NCBI GenBank assembly: GCA_000442015.1
Contig: KE560824.1
Coordinates: 1 to 53,987, forward strand
Length of the DNA stretch: 53,987 bases
Source: Rozella allomycis CSF55
Lineage: Eukaryota
Reading direction: 5' to 3'
The translations under genes and the position numbers were made by a program. Every line of letters begins with the position of its first letter. Position 1 is the stretch's first letter. The notes under the pieces are model-generated. The model saw only the letters and a list, made by a program, of their open reading frames with translations, ran no database searches and had not been told where the DNA came from. This document shows positions 1 through 13,158 of the stretch, piece by piece.

Positions 1-127
1 AGATTCAGAGACAGATTCAGATTCAGAGACAGATTTAGATTCAGAGACAGATTCAGATTCAGAGACAGAATCAGATTCAGAGACAGATTCAGATTCAGAG
101 ACAGATTCAGATTCAGAGACAGATTCG
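1..127 (+). repeat. 18-bp coding tandem repeat (GATTCAGAGACAGATTCA)n encoding DSETDS
   Basis: About 7 units are directly visible and the array runs off the window start. Confidence 0.95.
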
Positions 128-1533
128 GAATCTTTAAACCCTGGCGAAGAGCAAAGGGAATTGGATGATGAAGGTAAACATCAAGCTGCGCATGGTGGAC
201 TTGGTAATCCTAATGACAAGACGAACAAGGTCTCAAAAATATCTACAATCAAACGAAGGGTAATGACTGGCGCTGTCTTTGGATTTGCTGGCTTGTTGTC
301 CTTCTTGTACGGAAACAACCCTGTAACTCAAGACGTTAGCGTAGATGTTGTCAAAGATCATTCCGGCACTTCTCTGGTAGCATTGCCTCACGAACCATTT
401 AATGGTAATTTGGATACAAAAAATGTCAATGCTGCTGTTAAATTACCTCATGAGCCATTTGATGGTTCCCTTCAAACAAACTTCGGAGATAGTCAAAGAT
501 TAGCAAAACGTGGAGTTACTGACGCTGATGACCAAGCAAAAGATTTTGTAAATGTAATGAAGAAACAATATGATACGACACCTACTAGCAATAACAATTC
601 CCCAGTGCCTACAGATGATCAAATAAGTGAAACTAGTCTTGAAAAACATGAATTAAATCAACTCAAAGAAAGAGTCGATAGAATTATAGGTAAAAAGCCT
701 AGCGGAAATAATGCTTTTTGTTTGGCTAGCAGTACGTCAAATGTCACTATCCTTGATGATTTTGTCTGTTCTGCAAACCTACTGGATAGTTATGGACGAT
801 CAACCCCTGAACAAAAATTGAAGGCTTGGTCCTTGACTGAATCATTCACTATTCAAGGTCTATTTTCCATTGCTGAAAAGTAATTCAATTTAAAATTATT
901 CATATTAGATTGGGCGTTTATTTAATTCTTTTGTATTACTTGGCTAATGGATTCGCTACTCTAGATTATTCATCTATCATGAAAAGACAAAAAGCTTTGG
1001 AGTCTGAGACGATTAAGGAAACCGTGGAAGAAAAAGAAGATTCGAATGGTCATATTGTGAACCAAATCATTGAAAAATACAATCTTATTGAAAATGCATC
1101 TGTGATTGATAAAGAAAATGTGATTGAAAAGGGAACAAACCAAATTGATCAAAGCGTAGTTCAACATCAAAGTCAATTCAACACCGCAGCGGCAGTTAAT
1201 GAAAATCAAATTGACGACATCTCAAATATTCATCACCAGTTTGATGAGGCTACAGGTCTGCAGCAACGAGAAATTTCTCAATCTCAAGAACTACAAAATG
1301 CTCAAGACCATAAGGTTGCAAAGACTCAAGAAACAGACCTGGATGCAGCGTCAACTATAGAAGAAGATAAATCAATCGAAAAGAAAAACATTGATTCCAT
1401 TTTAGATAGCGTTGTTTCAGAAGAACGCGACGATGGCGGAAATGCGGGTATTATTTTGGGAAGTATTGCTGCTGGACTAGGATTATTAGCGGCTGGATCC
1501 TTTGCATACAAGAAACATAACAAATCCATTTAA
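1..1533 (+). CDS. Membrane-anchored low-complexity protein (5' partial) with DSETDS repeats and C-terminal TM helix
   Basis: Frame is open from position 2 through the repeat into ORF 161-883. A 29-nt GT-AG intron (880-908) joins it in frame to ORF 910-1533. Ends [26 protein letters not shown]. Confidence 0.75.
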
Positions 1534-2350
1534 CTAACTTTATAAATTCTATTTAATCCTTAATATTTTTGGAATATAATCAATATTTTAAATGTCACAG
1601 ACTACTTTGATAAGCATGGAGCTGAGATTACTCATACTGGTATTCGGAGTTATTCTGAACATTGCAAGTACGGATTACCTAAGGGGAATCTTAACTTCCC
1701 AGTTCTGACCCAGTCACATTCATTGACTCCGCTGCAAACTTGCTAACTCTTGGACGTTAATGAAATGGAAAGTCATTTCTTTACTGAACAATCACTATTG
1801 TTTGATGGTTCCATGGTACGTTTTTCGCCTGTTATCACCGAACATAGTCTTGGTGTTTCAAATTTTCCTCTACTGCTAAGTGCTAGATAAGTTGTTGATT
1901 TTATACACTGCCATCATATGACCGTTTGTACGCGAAAATACATAGGAATATGAATACTTTTTGAGACATTCAACTACGTAAAGAATGAGATATTTTGCTT
2001 GCGTTGATCAGGTATTGATCTATTCTGATAATATTCGTAATAGTGTGACAGTGTCAGAGTCCACAGAATTGATTAATTCACAACTTGAATACTTGTAACC
2101 GGCTTTCAGCCGCTCTTACCCGGTCATGTATTATGTGATTATATTACGGACTTAATTCTAAAGACTAATTTTTGTGTATGTGGCTTGGTAAGCCACTAAT
2201 ACTATACTAAGCACTAGGGACCGAATAAATACTGAGAGATAACATTTTGAGTAAAAATAGTAAAATTATATATATTTTTTTAATAAGTTAAAGAATTTAT
2301 TTATAATAACCTTTCAAAATATTTAGTTATAAGAAATTTATAGAAAGACA

Positions 2351-2650
2351 TTTAAAATCTGATTTTCAACGGTCTAATTTTGAATTTTTTATTTTTGATC
2401 AAAATATATCAAGAAATTGTGCAAGCTGTTCATTAAATGTACCATGCACCAATTTTCACAAATTTGTTGAATGTCATGTAGTCAGTGCACCATACTGGTT
2501 ACAATTTATAGGTTACATAAATAATAAAAAATTAATATTCAATTACAAGAATCTAGTTTATCGGTTTACATCATGGTCTTTGAAACATCAAATCTGGGGA
2601 AGTCTTTGAAGGAAGAAATAGACATCCTCATGGCTAATTCTTTTGCTCTT
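2351..2650 (+). repeat. Dispersed direct repeat, copy 1
   Basis: TTTAAAATCTGATTTTCAACGGTCTAATTTTG...GAAGGAAGAAATAGACATCCTCATGGCT is shared with 3704-3963, with substitutions and indels. Confidence 0.9.
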
Positions 2651-2800
2651 TGTCGCTCCATGCGCTTATAATGTCTTAATCCTTATAAATGGGATAGTAA
2701 ATCGAAAGATAAAAGAGTCAAACTTATGTCGATTGAGAATGGATTATCCTCCTTCTATTTATTGATATCTCCTTGGAGTTTTATATGGTGGATGGTCGAN

Positions 2801-3669
2801 TTTTTCAAAATTAGCGCCAAAACTTGGATCGTCTTGCCAAGCCCCATTTCATCAGCTAATATCCCGCCATTCACAATCGTCCTCATAGCACTCTCATCGC
2901 CAGTAACAATATAATTCATCGGATAAAATTTACTCTTATTCGTTATCGCTATCCAAGGATACTCTATTTCGTTATCATCTCGCTCCCGTTCCATCATCCA
3001 TCGCACAGTCCTCTTTTGATACTCGTGCATTTTAATAGTAATATTCTTTGGCTGCTCAATCCCTTCCATCTGTCTCCTCGGTATCATCGCCTCCAACACT
3101 TTCTCAATAGAATCACCCTTCACTTCTTCTTCACCCGCCTCTTTATTCTTTACATACTCGCACATAAACTTAAACGCTGGACTCCCAGGCAAACACTCAA
3201 ATTCTAATTCATCATCTATAAAATAAACAACAAAATCTCTCTTCTCTATCCCACAATAAAAACTCATACGTTCCAATTCTTCTCCCTTCTTGCCCATCTT
3301 TATATACCTCTTCGACTGTTCACACATCAACCTTGTAGCAACATTCTCCCGCAAAACAAGTAACAATTCATCACCAACCATCAACCGCATCACATCCCGA
3401 AATGCATACCCCGTGCGGATATCCTTTACACAATCATCGTTTTCTATACACTGCTCAAAATACTCTTTGTCTTCTTCGTATCGGATTATTAATACTTCTT
3501 TCAAGGGAACTCGATAGCATTCTTTGAACTTTTGGCTGCATACACACTTTTTATTGCCTAGATGCACCTGTAGGCACTCTTCATGCACAAAGCTGTGGCA
3601 GTTTTTGCAGAGTGATGTTGCCAATACCTGATATTCGGTTTGCAAGCATATTCGGCATGAACGTTGCAT
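2801..3669 (-). CDS. SNF2-family (Rad5/Rad16/SHPRH-like) helicase, N-terminal fragment with Cys/His finger, cut at assembly gap
   Basis: Q-motif MHEYQKRTVRWMMERE and Walker A region GGILADEMGLGKTIQVLALI; N-terminal CxxC...CxxC..H..C; N at 2800. Confidence 0.85.
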
Positions 3670-3703
3670 GTTCACTTCCCAGAAATTTCAGAAAAAAATG
3701 TTT

Positions 3704-3963
3704 TTTAAAATCTGATTTTCAACGGTCTAATTTTGATCAAAATATATCAAGAAATTGTGCAAGCTGTTCTTTGAATGTACCTTGTACAAATTTTCACAAA
3801 TTTTTTGAATGTCCTGTAGTCAGTGCACCATACTGGTTACAATTTATAGGTTACATAAATAAAAAATTTAATATTCCATTAAAAGAATCAAGTTTATCGG
3901 TTTACATTAGGGAAGCCTTCGAAGGAAGAAATAGACATCCTCATGGCTCATTCCTATGCTCTT
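3704..3963 (+). repeat. Dispersed direct repeat, copy 2
   Basis: Homologous to 2351-2650 with two internal deletions. Confidence 0.9.
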
Positions 3964-4130
3964 GAAGTTTTGAAGAAAAATTAAGTAAATTTTTTTAACT
4001 TAAAAAAATCATACCTGTATTTTTTATTTAAAGATTGAAAATTTTAAAAACATAAACGTAGATGAAAGCTTCGATTATAGTGGACTAGTAGTTGTTACAC
4101 AACAATCTGCTCAACTTTCACCCAAAAATG

Positions 4131-5040
4131 TTAATATTGAACAAATTTATCATAATTTTCAATGTCAAAAGATGAACGTGCAAAACAAACGAGTTCATGA
4201 ATGAACAACTCGGTATCGTCTCCCAGAAACTCTTTCAATAAATTTATGGCCGCATCCGAATGAATATTTCCTCTTTTACAAAAGATTATCAAATGTACCT
4301 TTCTATCAATGACATTACTATCATCTTTTCTGAATCAACATTTCCAGTCCCAAGCACAATTTTCAACTCACGCTCTACCCACGGCGATATCCTAATAGCA
4401 ACTTCTTGCTTGTTCGTGAATACTGCATCTTATTATTACAAAAACATTATTATTGTACCCTCTCGTCTGAATTTATTTTTGATGTTGGAACCGACGTACT
4501 TTGCTCGTCGTTTCATTTCATAGATTTTTCTATTTAAATAGTATGTGTGTATTACTTGCGCTTTTTTAACGTTGACTCGGCGTACACTGAACTCGATCCA
4601 GCCTGTTCACCAAAATTGTATCGTCTACGGGGTCTGCGAGGAGTGGAAGTGGATGGCATTGGTTTGTCATTTTCCTTATTTTTCACGACATCAAACTAGA
4701 TTAACTGGTATTAATAGCATTACAATTTCAAAATAATCATTCGAAGTGAAATTGTGAAGAATTTTGGTAAAGGCACATTTACACAGCGGGCAATTAGCAT
4801 TTACTAAACTCCATTGGTTTATACACTCGAAACAAAAGGAATCTGGAATAACTTAATGTATACCTTACGGAAACATTTGTCTAACCGAGATTTGTCGTTA
4901 AAATGATGTAAACAAATGGAGCATTTTTCATTATCTTGGTCATTCTCAGACTCGTCGTCACTTTTATCCGGAACACATTCACGTGTTTCACTAGAGTCTT
5001 CATCGTTACCATAAAAATATTCTAGATCAGGCGACTCCAT
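4131..5040 (-). CDS. RING-finger E3 ubiquitin ligase, Topors-like (multi-exon)
   Basis: Spliced RING CSICLHHFNDKSRLDKCF|HSFCFECINQW...CPLCK; C-terminal PWVEREL and FIHELVCFARSSFDIENYD motifs; four short GT-AG introns. Confidence 0.8.
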
Positions 5041-5095
5041 TTTTATAAGTCGTTCTTTTAGGTAGAACTTTGGAAAATTCTTTCTAAAAATCGGC

Positions 5096-6246
5096 ATGCG
5101 AATTCAGGCTTTTACCAATCCTCTGGCCTCACCTGCACAACTACAGAATAATCCAACAATAGAAGGAAATGTTTCTGCTGAAACAGAGTCACTTTTACGA
5201 CTCTTTGGAAGCGAACTTATTCAAACAGCAGGTGAACTTTTAAATCTACCCCAAGTATGCATGGCAACGGCCCAAGTGTTATTTCAAAGGTTTTATGTTA
5301 TTAGTTCGTTTGTTGGAATTGATCTATTGGACACCGCAATGGGCGCGTTGCTACTGGCGACAAAGATCGAAGAATGCACTCGAAGAGCCAGAGAAATAAT
5401 ACATGTATTTCACATTTTACGAAGAAGATGTCGCCCTAATATCCCATTTTATATTGACTATTATTCACAAGTAAAAATATCCATGAAATGTTACCAACGA
5501 TGTATACAGATTACAGAGAAAGGATTGTTCTTGGCGAAGTTAGGATTTTAAAAGAATTGGGATTTAATATTCACGTTAATCACCCTTATGGCTTGCTAGT
5601 GAATTATGCGAAATCTTTAGAAATAGCGTCAAATTCAAAACTTTGTCAAATAGCTTGGAATTACGTTAACGACTCTGCTAAAACAATAATTCCTGTTTGT
5701 TTTCAACCGAATGTTATCGCGTGTGCTGCTTTATATCTTGCAGCGACCGAATGCAACGTTGGCCTACCAACTTCTCCTGCTTGGTATGAAGTTTTTGATT
5801 GTAAATTGAATGGTAATCCTTATCAATTAGTTTAAATAGATATTTTGCATATTTGTGCTACTCTTATTGAACTTAAAAAGAAACATGCTGATCCATTAAA
5901 GATGCCTTGGACAACTGAAGAATTATCAGATTACGTCATAAATGGCCCCGAAAGTTTTGGAAAATCTTTTAAAATCAATGATTCTATTGATGAGATCAAA
6001 TACGAAGCACCTCCGCCTATTCAACTATACAAAACCCATCGTGAAGATCAAACCTCTCGAGAGTACAGTGACAAGAAAAGGTACGAAAAGCATGAAAAAA
6101 TGGACTCGCACAAACATGATAGAGATCGCTCAAGTAAATATGATCGCAGGGAAAGACGCGACGATTATTATTACGACCGTCATAGAGAAAGAAGAAACCG
6201 AAGTAGGTCGCCAAGAAGAGAAAATTATTCATCAAAGTATTATTAA
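5096..6246 (+). CDS. CCNL: Cyclin L with RS-rich C-terminus
   Basis: ELIQTAGELLNLPQVCMATAQVLFQRFY, EVRILKELGFNIHVNHP, AWNYVNDS, RSRSPRR tail; two introns. Confidence 0.92.
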
Positions 6247-6265
6247 ATTATAAAATTGCCATGAT

Positions 6266-6667
6266 TTATTTATTGTCAATCTGTTCCTTTTCTTCAAACA
6301 GTTTCTGTCGAGTTTGTGCACTTTCAACAGTCATTTCTGGCTCATGCTCCGTTGCGTGGGTTCTCATTGTATCCATCATCATTTTTACACCGGGTACATC
6401 CTTTTCTGACTCCTTCAACACTTGATCTAGTTTTTCATACTTTTCATCCTTAATTGGAGGTGACAGGGTATTTGGGGGGAGTCCTTTCTCTTCGACTGCG
6501 ACCTTAAATGCATATGAAAAGGTTAATCTGTCTCCGCCCTCGCCTTTCATAGTTGACTCCATTGCTTGATCCTCATCCACTGATTTGGAATAGAATATTC
6601 TATTCCGAAACGTTGGTATTCTCTTAATGCTCAAAAAACATTGATTTCGTAGTCTGTGTAGAAACAT
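6266..6667 (-). CDS. Hypothetical protein, possible mitochondrial presequence
   Basis: Arg-rich, acid-free N-terminus MFLHRLRNQCFLSIKRIPTFRNRIFYS followed by a charged body. Confidence 0.55.
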   Translation of the reverse strand: MFLHRLRNQCFLSIKRIPTFRNRIFYSKSVDEDQAMESTMKGEGGDRLTFSYAFKVAVEEKGLPPNTLSPPIKDEKYEKLDQVLKESEKDVPGVKMMMDTMRTHATEHEPEMTVESAQTRQKLFEEKEQIDNK

Positions 6668-6825
6668 TACGATCTGATTTGAATCAGATAATAAATCACC
6701 TTGAAAATTAGCTTTCAGTGCGTCCAATCAGATTACCAAAAAATAGTATTGATGGGTGTTTTAAGCTTTGCGTACTATATTTTATCGGAAAAAAATATTC
6801 GAACTCTACATCATGTAATGGCTCT

Positions 6826-9281
6826 TTATTTTAATGTGCCAATTATTTTCATTTTAACTTTATCTTCTTCAAATTCTTTGAAAAGCACATCAAAAAAGCC
6901 TTGAAATATTTCACCGGGCTCCAATTCGCTTTCGAGAGTAGGAAGTAAGGGTGGTGCCGGAGTTGCAGGTACAGATTCTACTCTAATTTCACTCAAACTT
7001 TCTGTTGCAATTATGGGTGGTTTTTCTTTGGTCTTTTCTAAGTTATTTGCTTTAATAGACTATAAAGAAATATGGAAAATCCGTTACAGGTTCATTGCCT
7101 TTAAAATCCTTTTTTAAATTCTTATTCATAGCTGTTTCAGACTTTATTGGTTTCTTTGGTGCGGGCTTTATTGTAGTTGGTGCTGCAATGTGCGCATTAT
7201 TTGGGACGTCCGATCCTACGTCTTCATTTAGTACTATCGCTGGGTTCTTAAAACTGTTTCGCCTTTTTAAATTCATGCTTTCATCAGGTAAAGAGATTGC
7301 TATATTTATCTTATTGTCATCTTTCAGGTTTAAATGACTATTAGCGACACTTCCTACAACACTTGTTTTCACTTGAACCATTAATAGAGCACATTCGATT
7401 AAAATTTGAAGTAGTTCTTCAGATATGATCTATTTAAATATTTTGAAGCGTTTTACTTCGTAATCCAAGTTGTAGCTATCGTCTCGGCTGATTGAAACGA
7501 AATCCTTAAGACACTCCAAAACTTTATTAATAGTGTACAATCCTTTTTTGAGGGGGTTTGATGGTACCACTATACCGTAATCCTTTAAAATATAACGCAC
7601 CATATTACCTTTAGCATTGTAACTATTTCCCTGACGGTCAATGTGCGGTCGTTTGTCGCCTCTGTCAAAGAAGTGTCTCTTTTTCGAGATTTGTAGTAAA
7701 ATATTTCATAAACTTGTAGTCTTATCGAATCAATAAAGCTTTTCTTAATGAAATAAGCGCGCGTAATTTTACAGTTGCCAATTCAGAAGCCTTTCTTTCT
7801 CCCTCAGATGCCCGCGACAACGAAGAAAGTATATTCTTTACAAAATAATTAAAACGCGAAGCGTAAATACTAACCTCATTTTCATCCACAAGAGCTTGAA
7901 AGATCGAATATGAAACTGAGACCAAAGCCTGAAGAAAATCAAAAAATATTAGCTCCTCCCTTGGATTATGAGGATCCTAAATGTATAGATGTGTATCAGA
8001 TTACGTTAAATCGTTGTTCGAAGTGTGTGCTTTTCCTATAAGCTTTTGATATAATCCTGTTCAAGGTTGCAAGTGAGTAATCCAAATGGCAATCTTTTAA
8101 AAGTTTCCATAATTGAAACCTGCTCATTGAATTTTGATTTTTAAGCCTCAAATTCGAATCCAAGGAGGAATATTGAAGGAATAAGGATTTTAATAATCTA
8201 AAATTCCTTTGAACGACCCTATTTAGCTGCTCTTGATCTTGGTCACTTAGCGCATTGTCCCCACAGAACTTATAATGAAATTCTATTCAATTATTTAGGC
8301 ATTGTTCCACCTTGTGAATATTCCAACTCTGTAACTCCCGCCATATTGTCATCTCTAAATTCACCTTCATACATTCGACCATTTTCGGTTATGTAATGTC
8401 CATAACCATGCTTTCGTTTAACTCTATTTAAAAGGTTACTTTCATGTTTTCCTTCCAATGACCAACATATTTAGCACCTGTAGAATAATTAAATATACCG
8501 TATCCTTCTCTTAATCCCATCTTGAATTGTCCTAAATTATCTAATCTATTAAATTACCTTTATAAATGTTATGATATGGCATATTATCGTTGGAATCTTG
8601 AAACCAGATATACTCCCCATAACCATGGGGTTTTCCATTCTAAGATTGTAGTAAAATTCTAAATACTTTCCATTCACCTATATATTGTTCTCCTCTGTCT
8701 TTCCAAGTCATGATCCCATGCCCTTGCCGAACATCGTGCACCCAGTCCCCTTCATACGTATTCCCAGAAGAATATTGCATAATTCCGTGTCCGTGCTTTT
8801 TATTGTCGTACCACTCCCCATCGAAGAAGGTCCCGTCTTCTGTATATTTTAGCAAACCTCGACCTTGCCTTTTGCCTTGAACCCATTCGCCAACGTAGCA
8901 CATCCCCACTGGATATTGGGGAGTTTCTGTTGAAACAGGCTCCATAATTTTCTTAAAAGTTCCATGCCCATGTCTCATGCCATTTAACACGTCTCCTTGA
9001 TAATGGAAACCATTTACCCTATCACTTATTCATTGACTTATATACCACCAATAACATCCCTTTCCTGTTAGGCTGTTGTTTTCAAAGGTCCCTTCGTATA
9101 TATCTCCATCATTCCATTCATATTTTCCTTGGCCATGCATGGAGCCTTTGTAGAAATACCCAGTGTATACATTCCCTGAATAGAATTGAGCAGTGCCTTT
9201 TCCGTGAAAAATGCTGTTTTCCATTTCACCCTCATAATTACTTACAATAGTCGGTAGCAGTGTCGTGTAATTGATAGTCAT
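6826..9281 (-). CDS. RSPH10B: MORN-repeat radial spoke head protein 10B-like (multi-exon)
   Basis: Many YxGxW/F..G..HGxG MORN repeats, then MSRFQLWKLLKDCHL; about 10 GT-AG introns of 26-29 nt join the pieces. Confidence 0.75.
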
Positions 9282-9350
9282 ATTAAAAGTAATTTGTGTG
9301 TAAATAAAAACAAAAGCACGTGATGGAAAAATTTATCAATTTGTCAAAAA

Positions 9351-10750
9351 TTATCCTTTTTGACATTTTTGAGAATGTCTAAACCATACTTGCATATTGA
9401 AATCATGTGCTTTTAGCCATTCATAAAGAGATTGTGTAGCGTCGGGATCGTCATAATCAAGATTATTCACTTGGTTGTTATAATTTACAAGCAATGAATT
9501 AAACGGACATTGATCAGGAAGAGATAACGAAGGATTCTGATATAGCCCAAGCCATTGGAGGCAGGAGGGACATTGACCAAACACCAAATCATTAATTCCT
9601 ACCGGATTATGCGGAGTAAAAACAAATCCATTAAACGAGATACTTGTATCAGGAATATCTTCTATCCCCGAATGGCAACATTTGAATTGCAAGGGTGGAC
9701 GGTAGAAGGAACCGGTCTTTGCCGAAACACCATGGTAAATATTCATATGATACCTAAAACACTATTAAACAATTATTACCAATATATACTTGTTCTCATT
9801 TTAAACCAAGTTTCTTCAGGACAAATAGGGCAAAGTCCTTCACGAGATGACTTTTTTCCTCTGAACTTCACCGGCGCATACAGGCCAACGTGCTTCCCTC
9901 TTGTTAAAACCTTTTTATTAGAATCTGTGATTCTATTTGGATTTACATGCTCAATTGGAACTGTCGCAAGTGAGGGTTCAAGTGATTGTTCAGAAGCCAT
10001 AGCGGTAGGCCATTCCTGACGAGAGATGTTCGCAGCAGCACTGATTTGGTGTAGTTTATTTTCTTCTTCTAGTAATATTAAACGCTCACGTTCCACGGCT
10101 AATAAAAGAGCTGACTGAAGGCGTAGCTTCTTTGACTGATCGATATCACTTTCTTCAGATATGGGGTATTCAGAATTATTTCTAGGACTCTTTCTTTTAT
10201 TAGACTGTTTTTGGCGGGAGTTATCGGTTTTGGTCATACTATGAGGGGGTGTTACTGGAAGTGGTAGATTTTGAAATGATCCACCCTGGTAAAAATCCTC
10301 AAAACTTGAGTTATCAAATGAGCTATAATTAGTAAGAACAAGGTCCTCTTCGATGGATTGTATTTTAACAGGTAATGGTGACGAGGTAATGGGTAGACTC
10401 TCGGCAAGCATGTCATTCTTAAGATACGATGTTTTTAAACAGTCTTTTAAAAAAGCCGGCCTCTTTAAAGATTGGCTATCATCATTTTCCATTCCTTCGT
10501 CAAAATCTTCAACATACAATTCCGTTCTGTGAAAAAATTCCTGATTTTCGCTAAAGGAGTTATTAACTAAACTAATATCATTTGATTTCGAATAAATTTA
10601 AATACCTGATGATATTGACGATGGTAAGCTTACAACGTAGTCTTGCCGCCTAAGCCCTTGCGCAATGTAAAATGAAATAAGTTTCTCTGATTCTAATCCG
10701 ATTTCAATACCTAAACTATTTTGTTCCATACACGGAGTTTCGTTTTCCAT
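9351..10750 (-). CDS. Rua1-C (DUF4451) domain transcription regulator
   Basis: LYAPVKFRG..REGLCPIC..WFKMRTSIYW|YHMNIYHGVSAKTGSFYRPP...WFRHSQKCQ. Confidence 0.75.
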
Positions 10751-10895
10751 TAAAAGTTCCTTAATGATTAACCCTGGTAATATGTAATAATTAAATTTAG
10801 AAATCAGTCCTTTGACTAACTAACGATTATTACAGAATATAAAGGAAAGTGATTTTGTTATTTGTAAAACGGGATTGAAAAAACATGATTTATTT

Positions 10896-11537
10896 TTAAC
10901 GATATCTTCTGAGAGAAAGAGTATTGCGACGTTTCCATGCCTTGTATCTTGAACCACCTTTGGTGTTGTTGAAGCGGTGACCTTTTCCAATACCGCGACT
11001 CTTCTTTCCAGCTCCAGTAACTCCTCTGCATTCACGATGTTTGTGGGTTGGTGCGACAATCCAGTTAATTCTTGGATCTCTGCGAATAGCCTTGTGAGAT
11101 GGATCAACAAGAATGACTTCATAGACTTTGTAGGTAGCATCTTGGCAAATCCAGTAAGAGTTCAAAACGCGAAGGTTTCCACAACGACGTCCAACACGTT
11201 CTTCTGCCAAAGCGCGATGAGAACGTTTGGCTTTGAGTTGGTTGATACCTTGGGACTTTGGCTTTCCATAAACTTGACCCTTTGGATTTGGACGTTTGCG
11301 ACCACCACGGCGAACACGGACACGGTAAATAACGTATCCTTGTTTTGCTTTATATCCGAGGCGTCTTGCCTTGTCTGGGCGAGATGGGCGAGAAGCACGG
11401 TGGATAGCTGGGAGTTGGCTACTAAAACGTACGAAATAATCTTACCGATATTCCCAGCAGCGTATTCTCATTAAGAAACGGAGAACATCCGATTGTTTCT
11501 TTTTGTAGAGTTCTTCAATGTATTTATAAGCACCCAT
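10896..11537 (-). CDS. RPL15: 60S ribosomal protein L15 (eL15)
   Basis: [10 protein letters not shown]..., [33 protein letters not shown]; one short intron. Confidence 0.98.
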
Positions 11538-11636
11538 CCTTTTGTACCGGGGTAAAAATTTTCTATTTTAGAAATTTGAAATCCGAAAATTTGAAAATGT
11601 TTATTGAGCGGTAGCAGTAAATATCTGTTGCAAAAT

Positions 11637-12069
11637 TTAAATTTTAATGTTGTCTATTTCTATGAAAACGCATGTTGAATCACTGTCTATAAAAACCAGC
11701 ACTATTCTTCATAAATGAAAAAGATATAAATCACTCTTGAGAATATGGAAACGAAACCTGACAGCTTCTACAAAGCATCTCCAATTCATTAATTTGAAAC
11801 AATTCATGAGAATCAAAAGGAATAAACAATAATCCTCTTGAATTTATGGCTACACAGTACTTTTCTTTTTGATATTCAACTATGAGGCAATCATTCAAAC
11901 TAATATTTTGATCTTTTTCAATGGTTTAGAAAAATTACAAATTGACAAGGTGTTGAGTAAATTCCAAAAAAGTCCCTGATCCACATCTTTTTTCAAATTT
12001 GATTTACAAAGAAGCCAAATTTCTTCTTCATCCTTTAGGGTATTCAAAAGGAAAGTGTCATACCGCCAT
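11637..12069 (-). CDS. SEN15: Sen15-like tRNA-splicing endonuclease subunit (not in ORF track)
   Basis: Manual splicing of GT-AG introns of 31, 26 and 28 nt gives 115 aa ending IVLVFIDSDSTCVFIEIDNIKI, resembling the Sen15 LAIVxSDSTIVYY motif. Confidence 0.6.
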
Positions 12070-12104
12070 AAAAAATTAGTTTGGAAATTTTCTTAATTGG
12101 TCAA

Positions 12105-13084
12105 ATGGAGAGATATATAAGACTTGAGAAATTGGGTGAAGGAACTTATGCTATGGTACATAAAGGCTCAAATCGAATGACAGGCGAGATAGTCGCACTC
12201 AAAGAAATAACTTTGGATCCAGAAGAAGGTATTGATAAAGGATCTTGACGATAAAGGTGCCCCATCAACAGCAATAAGAGAAATATCATTAATGAAAGAA
12301 TTAAGACACCCCAATATTGTTGTACTCCATGATGTAGTTCATACGGATACAGTCTTAATGCTTGTCTTTGAATACATGGATTTCGATTTGAAAAAATTCA
12401 TGGATATGCGACAAGGAAGGCTAGAAAAAGGGTTAATTAAATCATTCATGCTCCAATTACTAAAAGGTAAAAGATTCTAAAAGTTATTGTCAAAGGTGTG
12501 GGATATTGCCATGAAAATCACGTCCTTCATAGAGATCTTAAACCTCAGAACTTATTAATTAATCGAAAAGGTACTTTAGCGTTTATGAGATGAAAGGAGA
12601 ACTTAAACTTGCTGATTTTGGGTTAGCTAGAGCCTTTGGTATACCCGTGAATACGTTTTCGAATGAAGTGGTAACCTTATGGTATCGAGCTCCAGACGTA
12701 CTATTAGGCAGTAGAAATTATTCCACTTCAATAGACATTTGGTCTGCTGGATGTATTTTTGCTGGTAAACTTTTTTGGCGAGCGAGAATTTTAGAAATGC
12801 ATACAGGGAGACCGCTATTTCCTGGAAAAAATAATGAAGATCAGCTGCAAAGAATATTCAAAGTATTGGGCACACCGACAGAATTAACATGGCCTGGAAT
12901 ACAAGAGCTTCCCGGTTATAAGTCCCCTACCACTTTCTTCCCTCCACAACCCCTTAATTTAATTTTGCCTATTATGGATCCTTATGCTTTAGATTTGCTA
13001 AATCGAATGTTGCAATATTCACCACACTTACGAATTAGCGCCAATGAAGCATTACTTCATCCATATTTTCATGTAGATAAATAA
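12105..13084 (+). CDS. PHO85: Cyclin-dependent kinase, Pho85/CDK5 type
   Basis: [64 protein letters not shown]; four introns. Confidence 0.95.
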
Positions 13085-13158
13085 AAATTTTCTTGAATTC
13101 AATTTAAACATTTTTAATTGATGATGATCTCGGGGATTTCGGATTTGAAATACGAAAA

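Noticed and set aside
1590-2250. Coding-like intergenic stretch
   Set aside because: All frames are interrupted and there is no recognisable homology.
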